DNA of 64,000 nucleotides from a virus: positions 14,688-78,687 of IMG/VR virus record IMGVR_UViG_3300021478_000022; one strand, 5' to 3'. This document shows positions 28,010-37,226 of this stretch, piece after piece (position 1 is the stretch's first letter; each line of letters starts with the position of its first letter). The notes under the pieces are model-generated. The model saw only the letters and a list, made by a program, of their open reading frames with translations. It did not search any database and had not been told where the DNA came from. The translations under genes were made by a program, and so were the position numbers.

Positions 28010-28929
28010 AGATTCGCCCTCCAGTACCGCTCCGTCAGTTCCGTCAGAACTCCCACGTACTGCTCAGGCCCCCAGACCGTGACGGGGGGCAGCAAGTCAT
28101 CGATCTTCGCAGGGATCGCGTCCAGCGAACTGTAGACGTGTATCCGGTCCTCACGCATGGTCCCCTCGTCGTCCACCACCATCACCGGCCTTGCGAACGC
28201 CGTGGCGAATCGTGGCGATGTCGGGGACCCACCCTTGCCGCCTTTCGAGGGAGGAAGGACGAACAGGAAGTGGCTGATGTCCTCGACCAAGGGTGCCAGC
28301 CCTTCGACCCAAGCCGACCAGGAGTGCATGACGACCTTGCCGCCCAGAGTTTCTATTTGCTTGACGTATTCTCGGTGCAGTTTAATCCGGTCGGGACACC
28401 ACATGACTGATACGTCAGGGCAGAAGGCCGTGAATGGCACATGTCTGAACAAAGCCCACTTCGCCATCTCCAGCGTGTACTTCTTCGGCTCGCAGTACCC
28501 GAACGTCCCGATGTGCATGGGCCGCTGCTTGGGAACCACGCAGAACGGCAGCACCGGCTGGCGCAGCAGGACTGGCCGGTAGGCATCCAGCTTCTCCTCG
28601 GCCTGCTGGGTCCAGACGAAGGAGGGATAGTCCCCCGGAGTCGGCACACCGGGGTTGTCGTTGTTGTGGACGACGCCGAACTTGATCCGCCGCTCTCGCA
28701 GAAAGGAGATGTCGGCGTCGATCCTGTCGCGCGGGTAGTTCTTGCCCTCGGTGATGAGGAACACATAGTCCGCCTCGGACTCCCCCTTCTCGCCAAGGAA
28801 CACCTGTGGCCAACGACTGAGGCTGACGCGCCAGGCTTTGCAGTGCCGGGCGATGGTGAGCGCCCAGTTGTCCAGGGCCTCGAAGGGGGAACTGCCGGGG
28901 AACAGGAAGTGGACACGGTTGTGCTTCAT
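28006..28929 (-). CDS. putative GT-B glycosyltransferase
   Basis: IGTFGY...S.SPRFA....RPV resembles a GT-B C-terminal domain; cluster context. Confidence 0.45.
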   Translation of the reverse strand: MKHNRVHFLFPGSSPFEALDNWALTIARHCKAWRVSLSRWPQVFLGEKGESEADYVFLITEGKNYPRDRIDADISFLRERRIKFGVVHNNDNPGVPTPGDYPSFVWTQQAEEKLDAYRPVLLRQPVLPFCVVPKQRPMHIGTFGYCEPKKYTLEMAKWALFRHVPFTAFCPDVSVMWCPDRIKLHREYVKQIETLGGKVVMHSWSAWVEGLAPLVEDISHFLFVLPPSKGGKGGSPTSPRFATAFARPVMVVDDEGTMREDRIHVYSSLDAIPAKIDDLLPPVTVWGPEQYVGVLTELTERYWRANL

Positions 28930-29663
28930 CGGATGAACTCCTCCCACATCGGTCGCCACAGTTGCGGTTGCTCCAGCCACCCCCAGTACACCCCAGGCTT
29001 GGAGTCGATGCGTCCCGTCAGGGGAGGGTCGGACATCTCCTCCATCTTGCGGAAGAACGCAGGCCACTTGGGGTGACGGAGGCACTCATCTAGTGCAAAT
29101 GTATGCGGATGCCGACCGAACTTCTTCTGAAGCACTACTAGGCAATCTGCGCGGTCGTAAGACTCATGCGCGTTCCGCTGATTGCACTCCCCGTAGACGT
29201 ACTCACGGTCCTTGCCCCACTGCCCGAACTCCTCCGGGTGCTCATCCGTGAGAATGTCCTCGATGAAGTAGTAGCCCCCCACCTTCAGGTTCGGCCAGAG
29301 GATGTCCCGGCTGATGCGCTGCCACTCCGCCCGGTGCCCGCAGTCGTCGATGATGACGTCGAAGTATTCGGGAGGGAACAGCAGCGCGATGCCGGGGTCC
29401 TGCTGGAAGCGCTGGTAGATGGTCAGGCGCGGATCAGTGACCTCGCGGCAGTCGTGCAGGTCGATGGCGTGGACTTCCCCCAGCGGGAACATCTTGAGCC
29501 AGAACTTCAGGGAGTTGCCGTGGTCGATGCCCAGCTCCAGAATCTTTGCCGGGAAGGCGGTCATGGGACCGAGGAATCGCTCGTATACGGGCATATAGGT
29601 ATGTTGGCCCTTGTCTGTGCCACATTCCCTCGCAACTCTTTCCCATTCGCAAGAGAACGTCAT
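28926..29663 (-). CDS. sugar O-methyltransferase (MycE/TylE-like class I SAM MT)
   Basis: GTDK.QH.Y...YE, ILELGI..G.SL..W, FDVIIDDCGH, GGYYFIED. Confidence 0.8.
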   Translation of the reverse strand: MTFSCEWERVARECGTDKGQHTYMPVYERFLGPMTAFPAKILELGIDHGNSLKFWLKMFPLGEVHAIDLHDCREVTDPRLTIYQRFQQDPGIALLFPPEYFDVIIDDCGHRAEWQRISRDILWPNLKVGGYYFIEDILTDEHPEEFGQWGKDREYVYGECNQRNAHESYDRADCLVVLQKKFGRHPHTFALDECLRHPKWPAFFRKMEEMSDPPLTGRIDSKPGVYWGWLEQPQLWRPMWEEFIR

Positions 29664-30235
29664 TGCACGCTCCTCCAGTTGTTCCCGTTCCTTATCTCTT
29701 TGATGGCACCATAAGTTACACCAAACTTGTCAGCGATGGCTTGCAAGGCACCCTTGGGCAATCGCTTTTGACGGCCAACCATTCCTTGAGCTATGACGCG
29801 ACGTATTTCAACAACAGCATCACGGCTTAGCTTTGCCATGCCATTGCGTTCTCCGGCATTGTCGGTGCCGTGGAACGCGCGGTCGTCCTTGTTTTGCTTG
29901 GACGTTCCCCATTGCAGATTGTCGAGTCGATTGTTCGCTGGATTCCGGTCGGGAAAGTGCCGACATTCCATGCCTTCGGGGCAAGGGCCGACGAAAGTTT
30001 CCAGAACTAGCCGATGGATGTAAGTCGCGATACTTTTGCCCTTTTTGCAAAGGCTCACGAATACGTGGCCGTACTGCTTCAATGCTTGCAATTTCATTAT
30101 CCGTTCTGGGATGCTGTAAGAATGCGTCCTGAAGCCACCTCGCGGAACGGAGCGGGCCAAAGATTTCACCCGTCCAAGATTCGACACTTGGTACAGCCCT
30201 TCGTAGCCCTTGACGTCGCGCCATTCTTCGTTCAT
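29660..30235 (-). CDS. NUMOD4-HNH homing endonuclease
   Basis: EEWRDVKGYEGLYQVSNLGRVKS, IHRLV, CRH..NN...NL.W. Confidence 0.9.
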   Translation of the reverse strand: MNEEWRDVKGYEGLYQVSNLGRVKSLARSVPRGGFRTHSYSIPERIMKLQALKQYGHVFVSLCKKGKSIATYIHRLVLETFVGPCPEGMECRHFPDRNPANNRLDNLQWGTSKQNKDDRAFHGTDNAGERNGMAKLSRDAVVEIRRVIAQGMVGRQKRLPKGALQAIADKFGVTYGAIKEIRNGNNWRSVQ

Positions 30236-31281
30236 AGCATCCCCATCACTTTCAGGAGTTTCGTTGCCCTCGCCGCAGTGGTGTGATTCTTCCTCGCATA
30301 CTCCAAGAGCGCCTGCCTGCGTGGAGTCTGATCGTTCGACAGAGCATGGTCGATACAGTCGGCCAGTCCGTCCAGGCCGCACTCGAAGCACGTCTCCGGT
30401 GGGAACCACGGCTCCCTCCGGTAGGCCGGGTAGCAGAGCAGGATCGGGATGGCACCAGCTGCCGCCGCCTCGTAGCACCTGAGCGATTCGCAGTCGTCCG
30501 CCCCCGGAGGGACCAGGGCCAGCTTGGACTGCTTCATGATCTCCCAGTAGGGCTCCCAGCCTCCCAGCGTGCCCGTGCAGGCGATGGAGTGGTGCATGGT
30601 GTGCGTGGAGAACAGTTCCCGGAGCATCCGCCAGCGTACGGGCCGGTCGGGATGGCACGACCGTGGATTGCCTGCGAAGAACACGTCGAACGGTCGGTCG
30701 CCTTCCCACCATTTGTCGTCTTTTGTGGGCCAATAATTTCCAAGTACGGCCTGTTCGACTATCTCGCGTGCTTGTTCTCGCGCCGATGGTTTCGGAGTTT
30801 CTTGCGGGAACATCCGCTCGGGCATGGCGAACGACAGGTGATGCGGACGCATGGGGTAGGGGATGGCGTCGTTGATCTCCCGGCGGAAGTAGGCGTCCAC
30901 GGGGATCTGCGGTGGCTCGTGGTGCCATGCCGCATCCCATCCCTCGACGTAGGCGACTTTGCCGTTGGGAGCGAGCAGTTCCTTGATGACCCATTTGGCC
31001 CAATCCCAGTCATGTTCACGCACAAAGCAGGCGTTCACCACGATCAGATCGAACCACGGGCACCAGTCCTGAAGCACCTCTCCTTCCCTCGACCCACTGA
31101 TGGCCCGCACCTCGGGATGCGGTCCCGTGCCGTACATCGCGTCCAGGCTGCTCTTGTGCAGCCAGGGCGAGTTCACGGCGTCCACGACATTGGGCTCGCC
31201 TAGAACCTCCTGTAGGCCGTCCCAGAGGCAGGCAGAGATGTAGTCGGGGTCGTTCTTGCATGTGACGAACAGGCACTTCAT
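30232..31281 (-). CDS. glycosyltransferase (CgeB/GT47-like GT-B)
   Basis: DVFFAG, SKLAL.P.G, LR.YEAAAAGAIPI, NHTT..RA. Confidence 0.75.
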   Translation of the reverse strand: MKCLFVTCKNDPDYISACLWDGLQEVLGEPNVVDAVNSPWLHKSSLDAMYGTGPHPEVRAISGSREGEVLQDWCPWFDLIVVNACFVREHDWDWAKWVIKELLAPNGKVAYVEGWDAAWHHEPPQIPVDAYFRREINDAIPYPMRPHHLSFAMPERMFPQETPKPSAREQAREIVEQAVLGNYWPTKDDKWWEGDRPFDVFFAGNPRSCHPDRPVRWRMLRELFSTHTMHHSIACTGTLGGWEPYWEIMKQSKLALVPPGADDCESLRCYEAAAAGAIPILLCYPAYRREPWFPPETCFECGLDGLADCIDHALSNDQTPRRQALLEYARKNHTTAARATKLLKVMGML

Positions 31282-31964
31282 GCTTTTCTCCGCAGGACCA
31301 GAGAAGCGAAATTGTAGAGCCCGAAGATAGGCGTGCCGTAGTCGCCATAGTCGGGGGAGCCGACCGGCTTGAAGTCAGACTTGGCCTGCTCGATGAGTTC
31401 CAGCATCTTGGCGGCACTATAGCATTGACAGTGCGCTGTCAATTTCGCTGTGCCGGTTGGATGGAAGTCGGTCGTGATGGCCAGCGTGCCACCTGGAACA
31501 ACAGCCACCAGGAGCCCATCGAAGAACTTCCGATCCTCACCGACGTGCTCGATGACCGACACGCACGTCACCAGATCAAACTGGCCATCCGGGAAACTGC
31601 CGTCGAAGTAAGTGAGTGACCCACCCGGTGTCGCTCCATTGCCAGCTAGTGCCCGCCTGCCCATCTCTTCTTGCTGCGCCTGGTGGTCGCCTATGTCCGA
31701 CGTGGTGACGTGCGCCCCGCTCCACGTCAACAACCCAGGCAGCACCGAGTAACTGCCTCCCACGTCCAGGCATTTCTTGCCCGCCAGGTCGCTCCTGGTG
31801 CCGGCGGCAGCAAGGCAGATCGAGTATTCCCACGCCCTGTGCTCGTGGTCGAAGTTGTGACAACCGACGAACAGGTTCCGCGCATGGCCGACGCGCGCCA
31901 GCTCGTCCCCCAGGTGGTGGTAGTCGTCAGGGTGAAACGCCTTGCAGAGAGAGTGGAGCATCAT
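31278..31964 (-). CDS. class I SAM-dependent methyltransferase
   Basis: LDVGGS, FDLVTCVSVIEHV, PGG.L.ITTD. Confidence 0.82.
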   Translation of the reverse strand: MMLHSLCKAFHPDDYHHLGDELARVGHARNLFVGCHNFDHEHRAWEYSICLAAAGTRSDLAGKKCLDVGGSYSVLPGLLTWSGAHVTTSDIGDHQAQQEEMGRRALAGNGATPGGSLTYFDGSFPDGQFDLVTCVSVIEHVGEDRKFFDGLLVAVVPGGTLAITTDFHPTGTAKLTAHCQCYSAAKMLELIEQAKSDFKPVGSPDYGDYGTPIFGLYNFASLVLRRKA

Positions 31965-32821
31965 TTGGCCTCTTCGATGTAGTTCAGCAATTCCTGATAT
32001 TCCGCAGCGCGTGGATAGAAGTTCTTCTCCGATTTCGTGCAATGGCGCAGATCGACGTCTCCCTGATAAACGCCGATGCGAATAACGTGCGGAAACGCAT
32101 CTGCTACCACCAGAGGCGCCGAGATGTTCCCGATGTAATACTTGCACTTGGAGATGACTCCAGCCATCTCCAGAAACCCATCCCGCGCACGGTCGATGCT
32201 GCCAAGGTCGAGCGCGCACGTCCTCCCCGGAGGGCAGACCTCGACTACCGGGATGGGGCAATGCTTCACGAAGTCCCTGAACACGTCCCACCACCCCGTT
32301 CTCGTGGCCTCGGGCTTGTACTTGCCCTCCAGCGCCACAAAGGGGCCTTCAGGGACCGGCTCTTTAGGGCAGTCTGATGGCAGGTCGAAGTAATGGCTCT
32401 GGCGCCCGACGCCGGCCAGGTCGCAGAAGTAATCCAGGAGAGTACCGTTGAGTTCCTTCGTTTCGCTGAAGCCAAGATTGTAGACCATCTCGTAGCCGTG
32501 CTCTGGCCTGAACGCATTGTGAATGATGTGCGACTTGCCGCGCAGCGTTCTGACCTGGACGCCATCGACGACCTCGACGGTCGAGCAGTCCCCATCCATG
32601 TACCATGACTTCTCCACTATGGCATGGCGAACGAACGATTGCGCTTCCAGCAAATCTGCGGCGTTGCCTCCCCGGTGCGAAATCCAGAAGTCCGCGCGGC
32701 AGCCATGTCGCGCCGCGAGAGCGCGAGCGGCAGGGACCGACCACAGCATGTCACCGTGGAGTTCAGGGCTACAGATGGCGATGATGCGTTCGCTCATTTT
32801 CAAACCCGGCCCGTTAATCAT
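31961..32821 (-). CDS. GT9-like glycosyltransferase
   Basis: N-terminal ELHGD; LE.AGVI...YIGNISAP..VADA. Confidence 0.65.
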   Translation of the reverse strand: MINGPGLKMSERIIAICSPELHGDMLWSVPAARALAARHGCRADFWISHRGGNAADLLEAQSFVRHAIVEKSWYMDGDCSTVEVVDGVQVRTLRGKSHIIHNAFRPEHGYEMVYNLGFSETKELNGTLLDYFCDLAGVGRQSHYFDLPSDCPKEPVPEGPFVALEGKYKPEATRTGWWDVFRDFVKHCPIPVVEVCPPGRTCALDLGSIDRARDGFLEMAGVISKCKYYIGNISAPLVVADAFPHVIRIGVYQGDVDLRHCTKSEKNFYPRAAEYQELLNYIEEAK

Positions 32822-33777
32822 GCTTCCATTCCCATGACCTTCAAAAGCTGCTTGGCCCTTGCCGCCGTCGTGTGATATTCCCGCGCATATTCCTGAAGGG
32901 CGCGACTCTTGGCGGTTGCGTCATGCGCCAAGGCTTCATCAATGTGCTCGGGCAGCGTATCCGCAGTGCAGTTGACAATCAGTTCCGCCGGGAACCAGGG
33001 ATCGCGCACATGATCGGGATAGCCCACGAAAATGGGAATGGTCCCGCACGCCGCCGCCTCGAAGGTGCGCAGCGAATCTGCCAAGTCTGCCGCTGAAGGA
33101 CAGAGCGCGAACTTGGCACGCCGCAGCATAGCCAAATATTCGTCTTGGCCCAGTCCCAAGCCGCATGTGGCAATGACCGACCGATGCTTCTTCGCAGTCC
33201 GAAAGACATTCCTTAGCATCGGCCAGCGGACTTCGTGTCCCGGTAAACACGTCGCCGGATCGCCAACGAAGAACAAGTCGATGGGGCGAGACGACGATTC
33301 TGCAAACCACCGGGACGGCGCTGCGAAATTCAAATGGTGCGGCTTCATGGGATAGGTCACTTTGCCAGAAATCTCTTTGCGGAAATAGGCGTCGACGTGA
33401 ATCTTGGGACGGGTGATCTGCCATGCCGCGTCCCAGCCTTCCACGAAAGCCACCTTGCCGCCCTTGCTCAAATTCCGCTGCCATTCCTTCGCCCACGTCC
33501 ACGACCAGTCCACGTTCTTTTTTCGATTGAAGCAAGCATTGAAGATTATGAGGTCATATTTGCCAGTCGGCCATCTTATACCATTCCTTGTGCCACTGAT
33601 CGCCGCCACGGCCGCTTCTCGTACTCCATCGGGCTCTATATCGGACTTGTGCAGCCACGAGGCATTGATCGCATCAATGATGTTCTCCTCGCCTAGAACC
33701 TCCTGCAAACCATCCCAAAGACAGGCGCTCAAATAATCGCACTCCCCTGACGAGGTTACGAAGGATACCCGCATCAA
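32818..33777 (-). CDS. glycosyltransferase, paralog of 30232-31281
   Basis: Shared DY.SACLWDGLQEVLGE and KVA.VEGWDAAW. Confidence 0.75.
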   Translation of the reverse strand: MMRVSFVTSSGECDYLSACLWDGLQEVLGEENIIDAINASWLHKSDIEPDGVREAAVAAISGTRNGIRWPTGKYDLIIFNACFNRKKNVDWSWTWAKEWQRNLSKGGKVAFVEGWDAAWQITRPKIHVDAYFRKEISGKVTYPMKPHHLNFAAPSRWFAESSSRPIDLFFVGDPATCLPGHEVRWPMLRNVFRTAKKHRSVIATCGLGLGQDEYLAMLRRAKFALCPSAADLADSLRTFEAAACGTIPIFVGYPDHVRDPWFPAELIVNCTADTLPEHIDEALAHDATAKSRALQEYAREYHTTAARAKQLLKVMGMEA

Positions 33778-33799
33778 TCCCTCGGAAAGCAGTAGATAC

Positions 33800-34309
33800 T
33801 CATTTCCACACCGCCCAGCACATGTCCCTCAGCTTGAGGAGGTCCTTGCCCTTGGCAAATTCATCCACGGCATGGTTCACACCAAAACCAGGGTCGTCGC
33901 CGTAGTCATGCCCGCAGAGAAGACCGCCCGGCCTGATCTTGGGCCAGTAAAGGTCGATGTCCTTCTTGATGTAGGCGTAATCGTGGTTACCGTCGATCCA
34001 GACGAAATCTAGGTCGTTCGGCAGAAACCGAGGAGCCTCCGCACTGGGCATACGCAAGATCGCGAAGTGCCTGCCGTCATCGTAAGGATGGAGACGCCCA
34101 CGGCAAATCCTGAGATTGTGCTCCTCGGCAGCAGCCTCATTTGCCCCGACTATCCCGTAGCCCTCGTAGGTGATCCACGGATCGACCAGAAAGAGGAAGC
34201 GCACTCCTTTTTCCAGAAGCGCCAGCGAGCTGATGCCCCACTGGACGCCGATCTCCACACCCACCCAGCCGGGCTTGATGAATGGCAAAAGGTTGTCAAC
34301 GGATGCCAT
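33800..34309 (-). CDS. class I SAM methyltransferase (Methyltransf_24-like)
   Basis: GVEIGV..G.S, VDPW, DFVWIDGNH.Y, GGLLCGHDY. Confidence 0.85.
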   Translation of the reverse strand: MASVDNLLPFIKPGWVGVEIGVQWGISSLALLEKGVRFLFLVDPWITYEGYGIVGANEAAAEEHNLRICRGRLHPYDDGRHFAILRMPSAEAPRFLPNDLDFVWIDGNHDYAYIKKDIDLYWPKIRPGGLLCGHDYGDDPGFGVNHAVDEFAKGKDLLKLRDMCWAVWK

Positions 34310-34888
34310 TTAATCCCTCGGGAAGCAGTAGATGCACTGCTCCTTGATGAACAGGTCGTACTTGTTATCCACAGCCCCCACCACGTCGTAAATCTGCTGG
34401 AAGGTCGGGTTTTGCTTGCGGTCCATCCCCTGCCCGTGCGCCCCTCTGTCCCACCACACGTCGGAGCAGAACGTCGAGGCATCGTCGATCAGGATGAACG
34501 GCCGCGACTTCCAGGGTACGGCAAGGATGAGGCGCAGTTCCTCCAAGAGAACACACTGCCCGTGGCGTGGGTCGAAGGAGGTGGGCTTGGCCCCGTCGTA
34601 GTGGGCGTCGAGCCAGAAGACGGTTTTCTTGTGCGGCGTGAGGATTTCCGGCAGCACGTCGAGGCTGGAGCCGTGGTGGATGCTCAGGCGGGTGGTGTCG
34701 AACCGCTTGCAGGCTTTGTCCACCATCTCCGCATCTACCTCGATGCCGTGCAACTCCATGAATCGCGGCGCCGCGAACGCCAGCGCCACGGCCATCGACG
34801 TGCCTTCGGACAGGCCGGTCTCGATGTACACGTCCCCCCAGATATGGGGGAGGTAGGTGGCTCGGGGAGTCAGGGGTACGGTGCCCAT
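34310..34888 (-). CDS. methyltransferase-like protein
   Basis: YIETG..G.S, GIE, GSS, FWLDAH, ILIDD. Confidence 0.6.
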   Translation of the reverse strand: MGTVPLTPRATYLPHIWGDVYIETGLSEGTSMAVALAFAAPRFMELHGIEVDAEMVDKACKRFDTTRLSIHHGSSLDVLPEILTPHKKTVFWLDAHYDGAKPTSFDPRHGQCVLLEELRLILAVPWKSRPFILIDDASTFCSDVWWDRGAHGQGMDRKQNPTFQQIYDVVGAVDNKYDLFIKEQCIYCFPRD

Positions 34889-35112
34889 TATTGAGATACC
34901 TCTTTGAGCAGACGATCGCGCAACTGACAAGCCTTCTCAAAGGTCGCCGTCTCGTACCAGCGCCGGTCGCCACCGAGCAGGTGAACTATGACTCGTGGAG
35001 CTATTGAAGCCCGGCAGGACGCTATTTCACCATCTCTGCCTTCCGCCGCCTCGATGGCTAGGATGTAGTCGCTTCGGAATTGGTCGCCGCTGGGCATTGC
35101 AATGAATTTCAT
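34888..35112 (-). CDS. hypothetical protein
   Basis: 74 aa, coupled. Confidence 0.45.
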   Translation of the reverse strand: MKFIAMPSGDQFRSDYILAIEAAEGRDGEIASCRASIAPRVIVHLLGGDRRWYETATFEKACQLRDRLLKEVSQ

Positions 35113-36026
35113 GGGAAGTTGATGTCCTCCAATTTTCTGAGTCTGTCCACGAGATTATTGATTTCGTTCAACTTGCACGCCACCTGACAATTCTCGTGCA
35201 CCGGCACTGACTGCGGAGCCCGGTCGAGGATATCCTTGAGGGAGTCCTTGTAGATGTTGCCCAGCACGAACTCCGGTCCATGCTTCCGCATGTACGCGCA
35301 CACGTTCACGCTGCCGTCCTCGAAAATGAAGGGGACCATGTGGAACCCTTCGCACCGCGCGTACCCGTGCTTCTTCCGGGCCTCCTCGAACTTGTACCCC
35401 GTCACCTGCATCAGCGGGTGCGTGAAGTCCGGTGGCTTGATGTCCACCGTTTCCCCGTGGAACTTCAGAGCGGGCCTGCACTGGACGTAATCGGCCCCCA
35501 CCTCCTCCGCGAGCCTGAGCGTCTCCAGCAGGTAGGCCCCATCTTCCTTGGCCCCCCGGTAGTTGAACGCGAACCCCAGCGTCTTGCAGGGCCGCAGGGC
35601 GCGGATGCACTCCGGTTTGTAGGGTCGGTCGGTCATGGTGACCCTGATCCACTGGAGCAGGGAGGGGTCGAAGCGTGGCATGGCCAAGGCGTTGGTGAAC
35701 ATGCCTTGATCGAGACCATGCACCTTCGCACTTTCGACCAGCGTTCCGATGTCGGGGTGAAGGGAAGGGTCGCCGCCTCCCGTCCACGTCACGGCTTTGA
35801 CTCCCAAGGGTTCGCACTCTTCCAAGAGAACGCACGCCCGGAACGTCTCTAAAAACACCTTCCTAAATCCCCCAAGGTCTCCATTTGAATAAAAACATTG
35901 TGGGCAGTGCGCCTGGCAAACCCCGCTAGGGCTAATCTCTATCCCCACCGGGTAGACGCGCCGTCCCGCCATGTGCTCAGCGAGTTGGGGATGCAGCGCC
36001 AGTTTGTCTTGGGGGGAAAAACGCAT
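35109..36026 (-). CDS. radical SAM enzyme with SPASM/twitch domain
   Basis: CQAHCPQC, TGGGDP, TN, C-terminal C...DG.V..C...GNI...C...C. Confidence 0.88.
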   Translation of the reverse strand: MRFSPQDKLALHPQLAEHMAGRRVYPVGIEISPSGVCQAHCPQCFYSNGDLGGFRKVFLETFRACVLLEECEPLGVKAVTWTGGGDPSLHPDIGTLVESAKVHGLDQGMFTNALAMPRFDPSLLQWIRVTMTDRPYKPECIRALRPCKTLGFAFNYRGAKEDGAYLLETLRLAEEVGADYVQCRPALKFHGETVDIKPPDFTHPLMQVTGYKFEEARKKHGYARCEGFHMVPFIFEDGSVNVCAYMRKHGPEFVLGNIYKDSLKDILDRAPQSVPVHENCQVACKLNEINNLVDRLRKLEDINFP

Positions 36027-36054
36027 CAGGTAATCCTAATCGACAAGCTGGACG

Positions 36055-36372
36055 TCATCGGTCGTCATCATCGAAAACCTCGTCATCGCTGGTCCCCGTA
36101 GGTCCAGCCAACGCACGCGGCAAATCCCACGGGCTGATCGGCTGCACCTTCGCCGCCTTGGCAACGAGCCGCGCCGCTTCCTCGGTGACGGCCGTGATGC
36201 GGTAGACCGAGCCGCCGCCGAAAAACTGCGTGACGAAAGAGCCGTCCTCCTGCGGGATTTCGATGCGTCCCATCTTGGCGCCGAACCGCTCCTCTTCGCT
36301 GACGCGCCCCGCCATCTTGACGTGGCCCATCAGTTCGACCACGGCCCACATTTCTTGCTTGGCTTCGCTCAC
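36055..36372 (-). CDS. conserved phage hypothetical protein
   Basis: WAVVELMGH...AGRV.E...G...RI.IP. Confidence 0.65.
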   Translation of the reverse strand: MSEAKQEMWAVVELMGHVKMAGRVSEEERFGAKMGRIEIPQEDGSFVTQFFGGGSVYRITAVTEEAARLVAKAAKVQPISPWDLPRALAGPTGTSDDEVFDDDDR

Positions 36373-36396
36373 TTTTTGGCTCCGTAAATCAACTGT

Positions 36397-36732
36397 TTAA
36401 GCCGGATCTTGGGTTTCCCGATACCAACGGTCGGCCTCGATCAGGGCTGTGAAAGGGTCGTCATCGACAAAACCACCACCTTGCTCAAGCCGGTTCACGT
36501 CGGGAATAACAACGAGCCATTGCGTTCCGGGACCTTGGCTGATCGGCCACCATCCCCGCCGCATCATCACGTCGAAGGCGTTGCGGGCCAAGGCCGCGAA
36601 TTGCAAATCGGCCACGTTGTCCTCTTCCGACAACAGGATCGGGAAGCCAGTCTGTTTGACAACCGCAGGGAACTGGTCTGAGGCGGGCGCCGAAATAAGC
36701 CACGGCGCCGGCGTTAGCTTGTTCAGGTCCAA
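36397..36732 (-). CDS. hypothetical protein
   Basis: 111 aa, TPAPW motif. Confidence 0.5.
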   Translation of the reverse strand: MDLNKLTPAPWLISAPASDQFPAVVKQTGFPILLSEEDNVADLQFAALARNAFDVMMRRGWWPISQGPGTQWLVVIPDVNRLEQGGGFVDDDPFTALIEADRWYRETQDPA

Positions 36733-36785
36733 GGCTTTCCCCTTTACTGGATGTCACGATTGCCAATGTGGGCAGTAGGACGTTG

Positions 36786-36992
36786 CTACTTGAATGCCGC
36801 GATTCGCTCGCCGAGAACCCCGGATAGGGCGGTCATCAGGCTCCACTGTCTTTCGAGCCTGCCCTTCTCTTCCCCATCCAGCCCTGCAAACATGGCTGAG
36901 GTAAGAAAGGCGGTGAGTTTGCTCAGCTTGTCGTCAAGTTCCCTTTTCTCACTCACGACGTGCTCTCGATGCGGTTGCATGTAATCCTCCAT
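36786..36992 (-). CDS. crAss001_48-related small protein
   Basis: QPH...V..EK.EL..KL.KL..F...L.RQ...M...L.ERI. Confidence 0.65.
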   Translation of the reverse strand: MEDYMQPHREHVVSEKRELDDKLSKLTAFLTSAMFAGLDGEEKGRLERQWSLMTALSGVLGERIAAFK

Positions 36993-37004
36993 TGGAGTTG
37001 GGCG

Positions 37005-37202
37005 TCACTCGCTGCCCCACTCGGGGCCGTCGTCCTCGTAATCCCAATCGTCGCATGGATCGCACCCGCAATCTCCGTCTATGATTGGCTGCCGACAGCC
37101 GTGGCAGACCTCGATCATTGGCTCCGTGCCGCGCGTGCGCATGCAGCCAGCCGCATGGCAAATGTCGTCACAGCACGGCTTGAAATCAATCGGGCATAGC
37201 AT
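37005..37202 (-). CDS. small Cys-rich protein
   Basis: 65 aa, many Cys, acidic tail. Confidence 0.45.
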   Translation of the reverse strand: MLCPIDFKPCCDDICHAAGCMRTRGTEPMIEVCHGCRQPIIDGDCGCDPCDDWDYEDDGPEWGSE

Positions 37203-37226
37203 CGCAATCCCCGTAAAACAGCTTTG

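Noticed and set aside
30236-31003. Apparent 447-aa HNH fusion
   Set aside because: The upstream part is an alternate frame of the glycosyltransferase; NUMOD4 starts at 30235
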